DNA of 59,031 bases, filler included, from Sphacelaria rigidula (GCA_964200075.2; 9 parts of 9 records of this genome joined end to end with filler, not necessarily neighbours in it); one strand, 5' to 3'; positions 1 through 13,041 are shown, counted from the first letter of the whole stretch. A program made the numbers and translations. The notes: generated by a model not told the origin, from the letters alone.

Positions 1-440
1 GTTGCTTGCCTTAGTCGTTTGACCATTGACCACGCATCCCTTTCGAGACGGAGCACCGTTCCTACTCTTCATAGAGACACTTCCAACATTCCGGTGCTCA
101 TTACGTTTCTTCCATACACTACGCAAAAATCTTTCACATATCTTATCCCGGTCCTGTTTCGCCGTCTGTGGCCACCATCTATCTCCTATTAAAGCCATCG
201 TTTCTTCGCTGCTGTCTATTGCATCAAACGATTTCATGCCACCTTCGTTCACGTCTCGCATTCCCCCCTCCAGCACGTCCCCTTCCCCCTTGTATAGTTC
301 CCATCCTGCTACTAGATGACTTCTGGTCTCTGTTGCTTTGCCACAGGGACAATTCTGTGCATCTACTCCCTCCTCCTCTCGACTACTGGTATACCTCCTT
401 TCTGGCAGGTCCAGGTTCCCCATCCGAAATTGCAGGATCA
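1..440 (-). mobile_element. 3' end of LINE ORF2 (family A), 5'-truncated
   Basis: Minus strand reads ...CPCGKATETRSHLV...IGDRWWPQTAKQDRDKIC...GAPSRKGCVVNGQTTKASN, including a zinc-knuckle-like segment. Homologous to 19712-19968. Confidence 0.85.
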
Positions 441-1834
441 CATTTTTCGCCGCGTCCATTGGGCCGTGCAACTATGTTTGAGAATGGAGTCATAAAGCAG
501 TAGGCTGGGGTTAGCGCGTTTTGAGCGATGCTTCCTGTGTGTCCCGGGCATCGCTATACGTATGTAACAGGCGCTGGCGGTGCGGACCCCTGCGCGCGTA
601 TAGGGAGGGGATGGAACAAATATTGTCTGCAACCCCGTTAAGAAAAACGGCATGTGCCACTTGCTAGGGTAGATTGTAGACTGCTAATTGGTACCGATCA
701 CGTGTCCAGATTCCTTGTTGTCCAGCCGCAAATGGCTCAAACGTCGGAAAACACCCCATTTCCGATAAGGTTTGTTCACTGAGGGGGTGCATTGATTTCA
801 TCCCCAGGGAAGGGGGGCAGGGAGAGAAAGGGGCCATAAGGGAAGGGTATATCATGGATACGTTCTAACGATGCCCTCCGCGTTTTGGGGGGCATTGCTG
901 TTCCCGCGTCAATAAATACCTATGTAACTAGCGAAAACGGTAGATAACACCCCCATTTTGTCTGGGTAGGGGATGGAGAGATTCCATCCCCGAGTGGGAA
1001 GAAATTGAGGGGCGGGGATAAGTGCTTTGTGTGCACATTCTATCGGCGCGTTCGTGTGCTTAAGATGTGTCGCCATGCCTGTGCAACAGGCTGAAACGGT
1101 AAATTCCACACGTGATACTTTTGGGCGGGGGGGAGCAGTGTTTAATTTAAATCTCCGGACAAGAAAATATTTGTATTTTTCCTTATTTCCACATTCAAAG
1201 TATCCCGAAAAAGCTTCCTAATCATCCGAACACACTTCCATATGCACGGTACAGGCCGAAGCGATATCACCCCCAATATCGGTGGTAGAAAGCACCCCCC
1301 GGGGACGGCTATTTTCTCGTCCCATGCGCTACCATGCACCCCCGGCCCAAATCCGACTTCAACTATGTTGTTATATATTATGCGTTATCTGTCATTTTTT
1401 GGGCTCTTACTAAGTTCCCTAATGTGCTGAACTCGAAAATCTCGAAAGGGTGGCCTAGATTCGCGTAGAACTGCCCATAAGCCTATCAATATCATGGTAA
1501 GACCGGTCAGTTCGCTACAGTTGTTTTTGCTCATTCTTCGTACAGGCAGACCGTTTCAGCAAACATCAGAGAGGAAGGGAGCGGGGAAGAGCTGGGATAT
1601 GTATATGTAACTGAATATGAAATCGCGAAAAAACAAAATAGGTTGGCCTCTGCAGCATATGGCTTTAGGTGAAAAAGATCTTGCGCAATGAAGCACACGC
1701 ATTTATACAACAGAGAAAACGAATAGGCCGCGGGAGCACGTTGCGTTTCATATACTGCTGCCATGCTACTTGGGTATGAGCTCTCATACATGAGCCCTGC
1801 GGAAGCAAGACACTAGGCTGCTATTTGTAAAACA

Positions 1835-1893
1835 GAGAGATATATAGAGATAGAAGGAGAGAGAGAGAGAGAGAGAGAGAAAGAGGGGGAGAG
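1835..1893. repeat. (GA)n microsatellite
   Basis: Directly visible GA run. Confidence 0.9.
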
Positions 1894-1915
1894 ATGACGT
1901 AGAAGAAAACAACTA

Positions 1916-2466
1916 CAGTAGTGGGCGGTCTAACTATTCAGGGGTGTTTGGGGGTTTTCCTCACGTATTGCTCTTCTAAAGAACTCGAAATGGTTTGTGT
2001 CTGTAGATTTTGGTACAAAAAGCATATCATCCTCGAAACACAGTGCCCAAGTCAGTGTTAGTTGGTGTTATCGGGCGATACGAGTAAATTCCCCGTTTAT
2101 CAGGAGTATCTTATTGACCGTGACACACAGTTTTCCGGCTCTAATTCAATGAATAGGTAAAATTTCAAAAACCTAAAGCTGTATCTTTCTTCGCAAACAT
2201 GATCGGGACAGGCTCGATCGACCGAAAATACCGAAGAGTGAGAATCTGGGCTGAAACGTGGGCAGGACCTTCGATGACCGGCCAGCCCGCAAGTCACTCA
2301 ATATTGAGTACAGATGATTTTGTTTTCTAGGAATGTGGAGCGGATACAAACATCTTCAGACCTCCAGTATGATGAACAGTGGCGAGCGAAAAGTGCCCAA
2401 GAAAATCGCCAATTACGAAAAAATCACAGAATGCCACAAAATGAATAGTCAGACCGCCCTCTACTG
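1916..2466. mobile_element. Tc1/mariner-type MITE
   Basis: TIR CAGTAGTGGGCGGTCTAACTATTCA / TGAATAGTCAGACCGCCCTCTACTG, flanked by TA. A second copy lies inverted at 17472-18025. Confidence 0.85.
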
Positions 2467-2689
2467 TACGTAAACGATGAAGCCCAAGGACGCAGTAGAG
2501 CATGTAAGAAAGCACCACCCGGGAACGTCGAAACACTACAGGTTATGGAAGAGGTCTGCAACCCACGAGAGAAGATAAAGGGTAGATCGATTTCCCTGTA
2601 AACCCAGCTTGCCCCACTCAGCCCTGTTGTGGTCGGGTACAAACCGGGATACTCCCCCGACCATTCCCATCCTGGATTCCTCGCGAGCT

Positions 2690-5600
2690 GTTGCTGTTGT
2701 TGTGTCAATGATTAGCGGCTCTCGAGGCAACAGCCCCTCGTTTGTGCCGGAGGTCCGATAGGACTTTGTCTTCGCATCGCCACGTCTGCTGGAAATTGTT
2801 CACCCCGCTCTCGGCTCCGGGATACCATTTGCCCATGTTCTTCGCCGCAGTGACCCAATCGTGTGCGGTTTTGCCTTCCATGCCTTAGACAAAACATTCC
2901 CGTCGTGCTTATTGCCGTGGAAGAACCCCTAGTGCATATCGGTCCTCCTGGGGGCGATTCATTCCAGTGTGTGGCGGCCGGCCAGCCTCCGCGGGCCCTT
3001 TTCCGGCTAAACGTCCGAGCATCATGCTTTTTGAAGACGTGTTTCGTCCTTTCGAACAAGCGCCTCCCCAAACCAGTCTCGACGCTTACTAAAGGTTTGT
3101 CTCGAAATATTCCACACGTCGGACAGATCAGCTCCCTGTAGCTCGAGCTAGCTCTTTTTTTAGCGTAGCTCCCTAGTGAGCTATGAGAGCTACATGATCT
3201 ACGCATGTTTTCCCTGGGTGAGCTACGAGAGCTACATGAACTACACATGTTTGCCCTACGTGAGCTACCAACCCGTCCCTCATCAGCTCATATTCGTCCT
3301 GGGTGAGCTATGGGAGCTGTATGAGCTACACACGTTTGCCATAGGTGAGCTACCAACCCGTAGCTCATCAGCTCATATTCATCCTGGGTGAGCTATGAGA
3401 GCTGCATGAGCTACGCATGTTTGCCCTGGATGAGCTACCAACCCGTAGCTCACCAGCTCAGATTCTCCCTGGGTGAGCTATGAGAGCTACATGAGCTACG
3501 CATGTTTGTCCTGGATGAGCTATGAGAGCTGCATGAGCTACGCATGTTTATCCTGCATGAGCTGTGAGAGATGCATGAGCTACACATGCTCGCCCCGGAT
3601 GAGCTATGAGAGCTGCATGAGCTTCACATGTTTGCCCTGGGTGAGCTACCGGACGTAATTCACCCGCATATGTTTGTCCTGGATGAGCTATGAGAGCTAC
3701 ATGACCTGCGCATGATTGCCCTGGTTGAGCTAAAGAGCTGCGGGAGCTACGCCGATCTTGGAGTTGTTTCTGTTCCGATGCTCATGCACATTGATAAGGT
3801 ACGTACGTGACGACGGCTGGATGTGCACGCACCTGTGTTTCGTCTGGTGTAGCGATGGATTTGCTTTCTGTAAACATCAACATGGCTGCATCAGAAGTCA
3901 TCCGTATCATAACTACCACATACACGCACAACCGCAGACATACGCACACAACCACACACACAAAACCATACACACACTCACAATTCGCCCTGCATGGCGA
4001 CCGCGGAGGGCAGCAGCTCTAGTGGCGCTAAAGTCGGAGATGATGCCGTGGATCTGGATCCTTCGCAACAGGCGATCGTTGTGGAGGAAAACGTGACGGT
4101 ACTCATTTTCGTGTAGCGATGGCTAAGCTCATCCGCTCATGTTTCCCCGGATAAAGTATAAGAGCTGCGTGAGCTACGTATGTTTGCCTTGGGTGAGCTA
4201 TCGAGCGTAGTTCATCCGCAGATGTTTTCCCTGAGTGAGCTATGAGAAGTGCATGAGCTACACATGTTTACCCTGGATGAGCGATGAGAGATGCATGAGC
4301 TACACGTGTTTGCCGTAGGTGAGCTACTGGATGTAGCTCATCCGCACATGTTCGCCCTACGTGAGCTACCAACCCGTAGCTCATGAGCTCATATTCGTCC
4401 TGGGTGAGCTATGAGAGCTGCATGAGCTATGCATGCTTGCCCTGGAAGAGTTACCAACCCGTAGCTCACAAGCTCAGATTCTCCCTGGGTGAGCTATGAG
4501 AACTGCATGAGCCACGCATGTTTCCCCCGGGTGAGCTTCCAACTCGTAGCTCATCAGCTCATATTCGTCCTGGGTGAGCTACCGGACGTAGCTCACATGT
4601 ACATGTTTGACTACAAGTGAGCTACGGCCCGCAGATGAGCTAGCTCATGACCTGTCCTACGTGTGAAATATTCGCAGTCGGCCATGTCGAAGACATCTCT
4701 GTACGAAAGAGTGTTTGTGGCCAGTCCACTCCTTCCTGCGGATACTAATCTCTCGCAGTGAAGGCTGATCGCGGGCTGTAGTATACCGGTACAGCATAGC
4801 TTCCACTACCCCCGCTTCGAGACAGCTGGATTTTCGGAGGTAACTGAGCATTGGGCTGATGACAGGGTTGAGAATCTTGCGCTCTCGGAAGCGTGCCGAT
4901 GCAGTGGTGATGCGGCGGTTGATTTCGATGGGAATATTCGCATTTGCGGCGACATGACCACCGAGGTAGACACACTCGGCCGTCTGTTTTCACCGCTAAC
5001 TTGCCGCCTATTGTGTGCAGTGCGGTCTCTGCGGAGCTGGGCACTGGCCACAGGCGCGTCGACTGTGTCTTACTCTCCGATGCTGCCAATCTGAACTCCT
5101 GATAGGCCACCACTACGACGACCATCATTCCAGCAAGCCCGTCTGGGTATCTCGAGACTATGCCGGCGTCATCCGCCTATGGCACTCCCAACACCGGCGC
5201 CGCACCCTCTCCAGCGGCATCCAGGGGTCCACCATCATCACCTTTTGGCGCACCATCTAGATATACCACGTCTGAGACGATGGCTGGGTCTTCCACATAC
5301 CGCTGTAAGATCATGTCGACCAAGGCTGCGCCGAAGACGTTGAGCACTATCAGGGAAGAAACGCATATTTGCCTGAGTCCCTGGCAGACGTGGAGCAGCA
5401 CTGATACAATAGTTTGTCATCATCCAGCTGTACCCGAGCTCGCGTGCCGTCGTGAAACATACGGATCACCTTTATCGTCCACTACGAAACTCCGAACCGG
5501 GGAAGCACTTCCCACAAGGGAGTGCGGTCCACGGACACGTGGACCTTCTGCAGGTCGACGAAACTCATGTGCAGTGAGACATTGCTCGCCCGTCCCAACT

Positions 5601-6471
5601 CCTGTAGTCGGCGTGCCACGAACGTAGTATTGGTGGCCGATCGTTGACGCTGGAACCCCCGCAGTCCTTCCGGGAAAACCCAGGCCTCGTCGCACGAACT
5701 ACCGAGTCTGTTGGCTACAATTTTGACGATAACTTTTTCAGCATGTGCCACAAGGGAGATCCCCTGTAGTCACCACACTCGATCCTATCCTTCTTGTGTA
5801 GTAGTTTGATGGTGTCATCTGTCCATTCCTGCGGAACCTCGTCAGATGTCCAGACTGCAATGATGTTGTGGAAGTGGTACAAAGCGTCCCCGACAAGCTT
5901 GAGGAATTCATCAAATAGATCACCCGGGCCCGTCGCTTGGCCGTTAGCCAAAGCTCTCAGGGTCCCCTCAGTTTCACTTGAGATTGGTAGGTCTCGAAGT
6001 GACAACGCTGTCGGTCGTTGCGCAATGTTCTCGATGACGACTCGATCGACAGTTACCGATATGGCATTCACCGAGGTGAACAAGGATCGTTCCCATCCTC
6101 TATAAATTAACCTTCGCCCTGCTGTGGATTCTCGTCCCCGTCCTTCATATACTGCTCGCTCTCTACTGCAAGCGATATTTGTGTTCTGGTGTGCTTCCAA
6201 GGTCGGGTCGGTGACACGCGTTTGGTTCCGTGCGACGCGTTGCCGAATCGTCAAACCCACCCATCGCTCGGTACAGTTCATATTTCATGGTACGCCACCG
6301 CAGCTCCACTTTGGTGCTTCCATGTTTCAAGATTCTGCACGTCAAAACTTCGGGCGCATCTTCCCATGCTGCAGATATAGTCAATACGTGTGGCTGTTGC
6401 CCGAAACGCCGGCGCTTTCTGTCAAAGAGGCTGTTGTGGTATTGATTTCATACAAAATCATATCACCACCC
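2690..6471 (-). mobile_element. Degenerate RTE-like LINE ORF2 (reverse transcriptase), interrupted at 3113-4665
   Basis: Frameshifted RT fragments: VPQEWTDDTIKLLHKKDRIECGDYRG, GFQRQRS..RRLQE..FVDLQK, QGLRQ. The YADD motif reads *ADD at ~5170-5181. C-terminal DWVTAAKNMGKWY segment at ~2820-2860. Confidence 0.85.
3113..4665. mobile_element. Non-autonomous TIR DNA transposon with 8-bp TSD and AGCT-rich 42-bp subterminal arrays
   Basis: Left end CACACGTCGGACAGATCA, right end TGACCTGTCCTACGTGTG. Perfect TSD AAATATTC at 3105-3112 and 4666-4673. Tandem arrays at ~3170-3750 and ~4120-4650. Confidence 0.9.
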
Positions 6472-6571
6472 NNNNNNNNNNNNNNNNNNNNNNNNNNNNN
6501 NNNNNNNNNNNNNNNTTAATTAATTAANNNNNNNNNNNNNNNNNNNNNNNNNNNNNNNNNNNNNNNNNNNN
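6472..6571. other. Artificial contig spacer (N-TTAATTAATTAA-N)
   Basis: The identical 100-bp spacer recurs every 6570 bp: 13042, 19612, 26182, 32752, 39322, 45892, 52462. Confidence 0.98.
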
Positions 6572-6721
6572 CTTTTCACTCTCAATCGTATCATCTACTC
6601 TCAATCTCACGAAAACACTGTTATACGTACGAACTTTCGTTGCACAATACTCATCGATTTCCTGCCGCTCTGTTTCCTACTATGTCCCATCTTTAGACTT
6701 TAAATTTCTCGCGGCAATTTA

Positions 6722-6962
6722 GTTACGAAGACATTTCTTATGCGCGAGCTGGCACTGGATCCAAATTGCCGCTTCGACATGAAATATCATTATTCTTCTG
6801 TAGTCACATTGAATGCAGTACAGAACGAGGTTGGAACTCTTACAAAGACATTTCCTGTGAGCGGTCCGACACTGTATCCAAATTGTCACCTTGACATGAA
6901 TCATCATCTAGTCTTCTTGTAGTAGTCGCAATGATCACGATGCAGGACGAGGTTGGAACTCC
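6722..6962 (+). repeat. Two-copy ~118-bp degenerate tandem duplication
   Basis: The segment GACATTTC...CCAAATTG...GACATGAA...ACGAGGTTGGAACTC occurs twice in tandem. Confidence 0.75.
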
Positions 6963-9699
6963 GTTCCACTGCACAACTTGTAGTACTACTTATAGTGCTG
7001 CTGTGGTCAACGGTCATGCCTCTCGGAAGATCGTCGATCATACGGCCAGCGAGATATACAACGTTGTCAATGGAACACGACAAAACAAACACAGCTGGTC
7101 ACCACCCAGCATTCACGGCCAGTCACGCGAAAGAACACAGCGGCCTAACTAACACATAAATAAAGTCATCCAAGATGGAGAATACGGCAACCGTGACACG
7201 AAACACACTCCAGAACACGTGTAGTGTAATCTACGAAAAAGCGTACGTACCGCACAAAACTCGACGCAGGCTCGCGTTGTACTGTGCAAGCTAACTTGTG
7301 ATCCACCATTGCCAATCCGCAGGACAGTCGAGCGCGATACCATCTGCTGTCATGCCTCACTTTCTCTCTAACGACCAAGGTGTGAGCTTCACGTCACACT
7401 GTCCACACACTCTTACAACGGATGTGTACTCGCATCGTAGTAACCCCGCCAAAGCCAGCGGTCAGGATCCACACCCAGACTGTGCCCAGTTCCCGTGCAT
7501 CAACGGCACACGCAATAGAAACAACACAAGAAATGAACCAACTACTCAGACCAGAGGTTCAAGTCAACAGCAGCCATCCTGCGGTAGCCCAGCCAAGTAA
7601 GTAACGGTCCGTCACAGTCCACACTTGAAAAAAACGCGACCATTTTCCCGCGAAACGACAAGCGCTCAACTCAGCGGTGTGCCAACGCCCACCCAACCCG
7701 CGGCTGACTCATGTCTTTCAGTCTGCGCCCCGCATCTTCCCCAAACTTCCTCTACGAATGTCGCCGACGGAACACGGTACCTGCACTTCTGACACGTTGT
7801 GCGCACAACATTAGTCTACTGCTTTGGAAGATCGCAGCCTCTTGAGGCTGCTCAGTCAGGCCCAACCAGGTGTATGTGTGTGTGTGTATGAGTGACTCTA
7901 TTTTTCAACACCTGCTGTGGTCGGGAATACTTTGTCCCGGCATGACTTCGACAAAAGCGTCCGGTTGAGCAGAGCGTAGATTACAAGAGTTGGGGAACAC
8001 TTCACTCATCGGAAGTGGCGCGTTTGTGAAAGCGAGGGTTCGTTCAGCACGTTCCTGGAGTTCCTGGGTTTCTCGGAACCGCGAGGGACTTGCTGTCCAC
8101 GCTCGGAATAAATATAAAACATTACGGTCGACTGGTGACACACACCTCATGGTCCGCGGGAAGTAGTGACAGGCTGTGTACTGTATCAGCCTCCAGAGTT
8201 GGTGTGATACATATATGTGTATACGACAACAAAATTGTGTACCCACCGACATCCATGCCTCACAAACATCCTCGTTGTTGGAACAAGAACGATGTTTCGT
8301 AGGATAAGACGACTTTCGTCTCTGTACTCTTGCGAATGCATGTGTCACACAAGATATTCATGAGTCACTATCCAGAAAAGACATCTATGACGTCATCGAC
8401 GAGCAGCCCCGCGAAGAGCGCCAGCCCGAAGATGATGAAGAAGACTACAACAGGGGTAGATGACGTTATCCGTCCAGTAAAGGGCGTTTTGCAGCCACCA
8501 AAACGCTCCGTGCACATTCTCTGCGAGAACGAAAACAAAAACAAAAAAGAGGGCGAAGGGGAACAAAGAAGACAACAACGAACAACCGACACGCTTGGTT
8601 GATCGTACGTTCATACGCACGAACGAAGAACTGTGCAAGTCGAAGCCCCGGAAACAGTACGACCCTAATACGATAATGCAAAGAGCAGTAAGTGCCTCGA
8701 GGTTCTCGCGGCTCTGCGATCTCCGCCCCCTCAACAACTTCCACGAAGGTTTTCCCTCAGTTTTCAGACAGGTTATGATCTGGTCCACACGAAACGATGA
8801 CCATCTGCCCCAAGAAACCTGCGTATGCCTCACACCACTACACCATATCCACAAACGTGTACCATTGCCGCGGCACTGCACATTGGGCAACTTGGACTAC
8901 ATTCAGCAAGAGCACGTGGTCCTCGCGATAGCCAGTCCCTCGTGGGAGGGTGTTGTAGTGTTCTCAGCAACACCCATGGATGACACGCCCAAAAAAGGAG
9001 ACACGGTGCGAACGTAGGCAGTCCCTCGCGTATTTCGTTGGCGCCCTCCGAACTACTCAGAACGAAAATAAAATAAAAAAAGGAAATGAATGGGATAGAA
9101 AATCCCTCAACGCACGAAGGCGTTCATGATTTTCTCCTGAGTTTAATGTTTCATCCCACTCCATTTTGTTCACCACAATTTTACTCATAACCTCTTATTC
9201 TTTCCCGAGACAACTTCAGGGTTTCAAGGAACTATCCCATCTCTCCCACGGCACTTTTGTTTGTCAAGAATTAGATTTCAGCACTCCCGCACTACGTCTA
9301 CTACCCTCATCGAATTTTCTGCGCTGTTCACATCCTCGCGTTATCAGAGACGGGAGGCGGATACTCCTACTCCTACTCCTACTCCGCAGGAAAGACCCAA
9401 ACCTGTCGGTATTCGACGCTCCACTCCACCCGAAACGGTATGAAGTTTTACTATTTTAACTTAGACCACCGGGGTGCGACGGAATTTGACAACCACGTGG
9501 TGACCGGAGTGTGAAGGGTCAACCTAAACCCCTTCATGCATTTATTTCCACATTTCATGTGGATAGTGAATGCATTCAATCAACAATACTGTGTTCGCAA
9601 CGAAACAGTCAGGCCGGCACCCGAGCTCAACAAATACACAAATTGGGAAACATTATATGTAGCTTTTTAGATTAGAGAATGTTTCCCTTTTGATGCGGT

Positions 9700-9800
9700 C
9701 CTCCCCCCCCCCCTCGCGCGCCCCTGTGCTCCGTCTCAAAAGAAATGAGTACGCCCCCCCCCCATGGATGCATGATCGTAAGTACACCCCTCCTTCCCCC
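9700..9800 (+). mobile_element. Stacked ultra-short retroelement tails (family A then family B) between C-runs
   Basis: C-run, CTCCGTCTC..AAATGAGTACG, C10, ATGCATGATCGTAAGTACA, then a C-rich tract. Confidence 0.7.
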
Positions 9801-10299
9801 GCCGAATCAGATGAGAGCCGAGAGTGTTACGATACCACGGCGTTCAATTTCCTTGGGGGAGCGAGTCAACGGCATAAGAGCCTCGCGGTAATATTTAGTA
9901 TATATATATATATATATATATATACACGAGAGTTTCGGCGGCTTCGCCGCCACGATCAGTGGAATAACACCCAAGATACATTAGCACCGGTGATAGCTTT
10001 GTGCGTTGCGTAAAGGCGAAGGTCATACTTTAGAGAGGCTGTAGCTGCTCACCAGCTGAGCATGTTGTGCGTGAAGATGATGCCGATTCGAAAAATGAAT
10101 ATTCTTGCGTCGTTTGCAATCTGAAGAGGAATATACGTGTCACGTTCACAGGGACACATGCAAAGGCTTGACATTTGATAAACAAGCCCAACACTATCAA
10201 ACGTGAACCTCTGGAACCCATTGCCCCTGCAAAAACAAAAACGCACAGCTCGACGAGCCGTAGATGGTCACTCCCTGAGCTGTGTTGGATCTTGCTTAA

Positions 10300-11064
10300 C
10301 CCTTGGACCGCGAGGGTAGTCCATGTGGATCATGCATAGTTTCTTCAAGCGGAATTGTACCGATTCAACAGATGACCCACTCTCGCCGTCCAAGGGTTAA
10401 CCCTTCGACCGCGATGCGGGTAGTCCTCCCTCTGGATCACAAATAGTTTCTTCACGTGAAATCGATGCCGATTCAGCAGGTTGTAATGCGTGAGAGGACC
10501 GCGTGCTTAGAGGACTGCATCGTTGTTCAAAACACCTCAGGATCGACGTGTTTCAAAACCAATCGGACCAGTCCCTGCAGTGACCACGCCCCTTGCCTCA
10601 ACCCCAACACTAACCCTGACCATAACCCTAACCATAAGAGGTCAGTTTACCCCTTGGGGTGGTGAGAATTTTCTCAGAAACTTATAACTTCGAACAAACT
10701 ACAACACCAACTCTAACCCTAACCCTAACCCCAACGAAGGCACACCGAGAACCCTCGGGCGAGGGGGTGGAGAGTGTAACATAGGCAAAGGGTGCGTTGC
10801 CAGACGTCAAATCGGCGCCCCAGGCGCCGATTTCGACCAAAACGCGGTATGCGCAAGCTAGGAGCACGCTTGGAGCATAGCCCTCATTAAAGATCTGTAT
10901 TTTCGCTGTTTACACTATAATCAAGTCGAACTATCTGAGAAATTTCTCACCATCCCAAGTGGTAAAATCTACGGAACCATAGGGGTGTGTAAATTCCGAT
11001 GCGGTCCCCTAAGCACGCGGTCCTCTCACGCATTATAAGGTGACCTACCCTTGTGGTGAACGGG
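10300..11064. mobile_element. Two tandem piggyBac-like MITEs; the second carries nested insertions
   Basis: TTAA|CCCTTGGACCGCG...GTCCAAGGG|TTAA|CCCTTCGACCGCG...GAACGGG|TTAA. A related copy lies at ~30360-30470. Confidence 0.8.
10482..11037. mobile_element. MITE with TGTAATGCGTGAGAGGACCGCG TIRs carrying CCCTAA-like repeats
   Basis: TIR of ~30 bp with AGGT direct repeat flanks. Further copies at 33182-33391 and 35304-35514. A different element is nested at ~10640-10975. Confidence 0.85.
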
Positions 11065-11739
11065 TTAATTAAATTTGTCAGTCAGAATTCACTGAGAAAC
11101 AATGATTTGTGTAAGACGCGCGCGAACCGGTGCTACTGTCCAGAATCCGATGAAGAACGATCCGGAAAACGATGGCGATTTGATGTCTGGAGTGATGCCA
11201 ACTGAGACTTGAAAAAACGTTGCACGCGTCGCGCCTCATCGTAAAAAACAGCTGCTCATCACTCGAGCTGTGAGTGATGTTGGTAATATTGAGGTAGCTT
11301 ATGAGCTGTCCCATGTGTGAAATGTCTGCATCTCAGATAGCAACGCTTTTGTTGCGTGAAAAGAGAATCAAACGGATTACGTCGTTCGCCAACTCGGGAA
11401 GGCGATCTACCCCTGCTGTTTCCTACGATTCCGGAACACTTTCGCCGCCATTTTTGAGCACGCACTTGTAGTTTAATTTTTGTAATTCTTTGGGCCGAAA
11501 ATAAATAAACACGTAAATAAACGTACGATACAAACATTTGGAAAGTCGACAAACAGAGCCCGAAACGAAATTAAACAGCCCGGAAGGGTGTCATGGACGT
11601 CTTGTCGATGACAATCTGAGAACGCTTGCCGTAATCCTCGGGGGGCAGTAAAGCTACAATGGGACATTCCAACGTGGCATTCCCCCTCCTGGCCGTATTT
11701 TCATCCGCGAGACGTCTTCAAAGAGCCGATATAGGCAAT

Positions 11740-12575
11740 ATATTATACGAAGTACGAGCTGGGTCAGCCTAGAAACAGATTCAAGCTTTCAAAGCAATAT
11801 CTCATCGACACAGACGAGTTGGGCCGTGAGCTGCACATCGTATTTATCTTCTAATCAAGGGGAAGGTGCTCATCTACTCGCTCAAAGTCTGGGCCAATAT
11901 TTTCTCGTTGATTACATCCCATGTCTACTAATTTCTATACCGTACGGAGATAGCGTCCATACTGAAATCTAAATGAAACCCCGGACGATACATTTAGCGG
12001 ATGACGACGATTTTTGGTGTGGACATTCCCTGGAGCACGGGGAGACGATAGGTACCCTCACTTTCACCTAATTCGTAATCTATCTCGAGATATGGCGCAG
12101 ATAAGGTCCATACTAATACCAATGTGTTACGAACAGAGGCACTAGATGCCCCAAACCTGGATATCGCGTCTCAGTGTTTGAGAGTTGTGCTATGAGATTT
12201 CGTATGGAGAATTACTAGTGTACAATAAAACTGAAGAGACAACTTGTTAAAATATTTTTTGTTTCTTTTAATTTGTTTTCTTGTTTTTTTAGGGGAGTTT
12301 TTAGGAGAAATGAACACTGCTCTTGGACCTTGTCTCAATTTTTTAGCTCAATTTTTAGAATTGTGGGTTGAAACTTAGCATGGAGAACCACAGGGATATG
12401 CTAAATAAAACAACAAAACGCGCCCCCTTTTTTTTGTAGAGATTCGGGCATTCTCGTAAAAAATGGTCGTTACCAAGGTCCTAAACCAGTGAAAAAAAAT
12501 GAATACCAACCTAACCCATTTTTTTTGTTAATTATGCCCTAGCGAGGTCCCACACAATATTTTAATACACAAAAG
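11740..12575 (+). mobile_element. Dispersed repeat family X (probable non-autonomous DNA transposon)
   Basis: Aligns by eye to 53745-53860 (same strand) and 57654-58631 (inverted). A related head lies at ~26118-26175. Confidence 0.75.
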
Positions 12576-12989
12576 AAAAAAATTCCCTCTTTCCATTGAA
12601 CGCGGGGTGAGGGTTCAAAGCAGCATCGACGGTGTCCGTGCACATTGCGGTATAGCTTGGTACGCCAACCAAAAATCCCTCATTTCGGGATGTACCCTAC
12701 AAAAACACAAGCTTGAAGTTAGTTGTTTCCAAGCATTCTAGCTTTGACAAAAGCCTTCCGATTAAAGTAACCGTACCACGGGAACGAAATTCTACTTGAT
12801 TTCCAGTGTTTACCTACATCACGCGTACGTTGTATCCCAAGCAGCGTCGACGCCACGGTGACAAGAAAAAAAACTAACCTGCGAGATGAGGTTGAGGTAC
12901 GCCGGGAAGACGAACACGACTAAAACCGTCAAGCAACCTGAGGAGAAGAAAGTAACAACAAAGATAACAGACGTCAAGACAAAATCAAC

Positions 12990-13041
12990 AGGGAGGGAAA
13001 GGGGGGTGTACTCATCATCATGCATGCCATAGTCATAAGAT
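12990..13041 (-). mobile_element. Family B retroelement 3' tail with C-rich end
   Basis: Reverse complement reads ...GACTATGGCATGCATGATGATGAGTACACCCCCC. Confidence 0.8.

Noticed and set aside
3176..3658. ORFs with MSYESYM repeats
   Set aside because: These are translation by-products of a 42-bp unit divisible by three; there is no coding evidence.
3170..4650. AGCT arrays as a CRISPR-like array
   Set aside because: The units are contiguous degenerate tandem repeats without unique spacers, they sit inside a TIR/TSD-bounded element, and no cas-like ORFs are present.
8860..8960. C5 DNA methyltransferase motif-like segment (VVLAIASPSW)
   Set aside because: The catalytic PC dipeptide is missing and no other methyltransferase motifs were seen.
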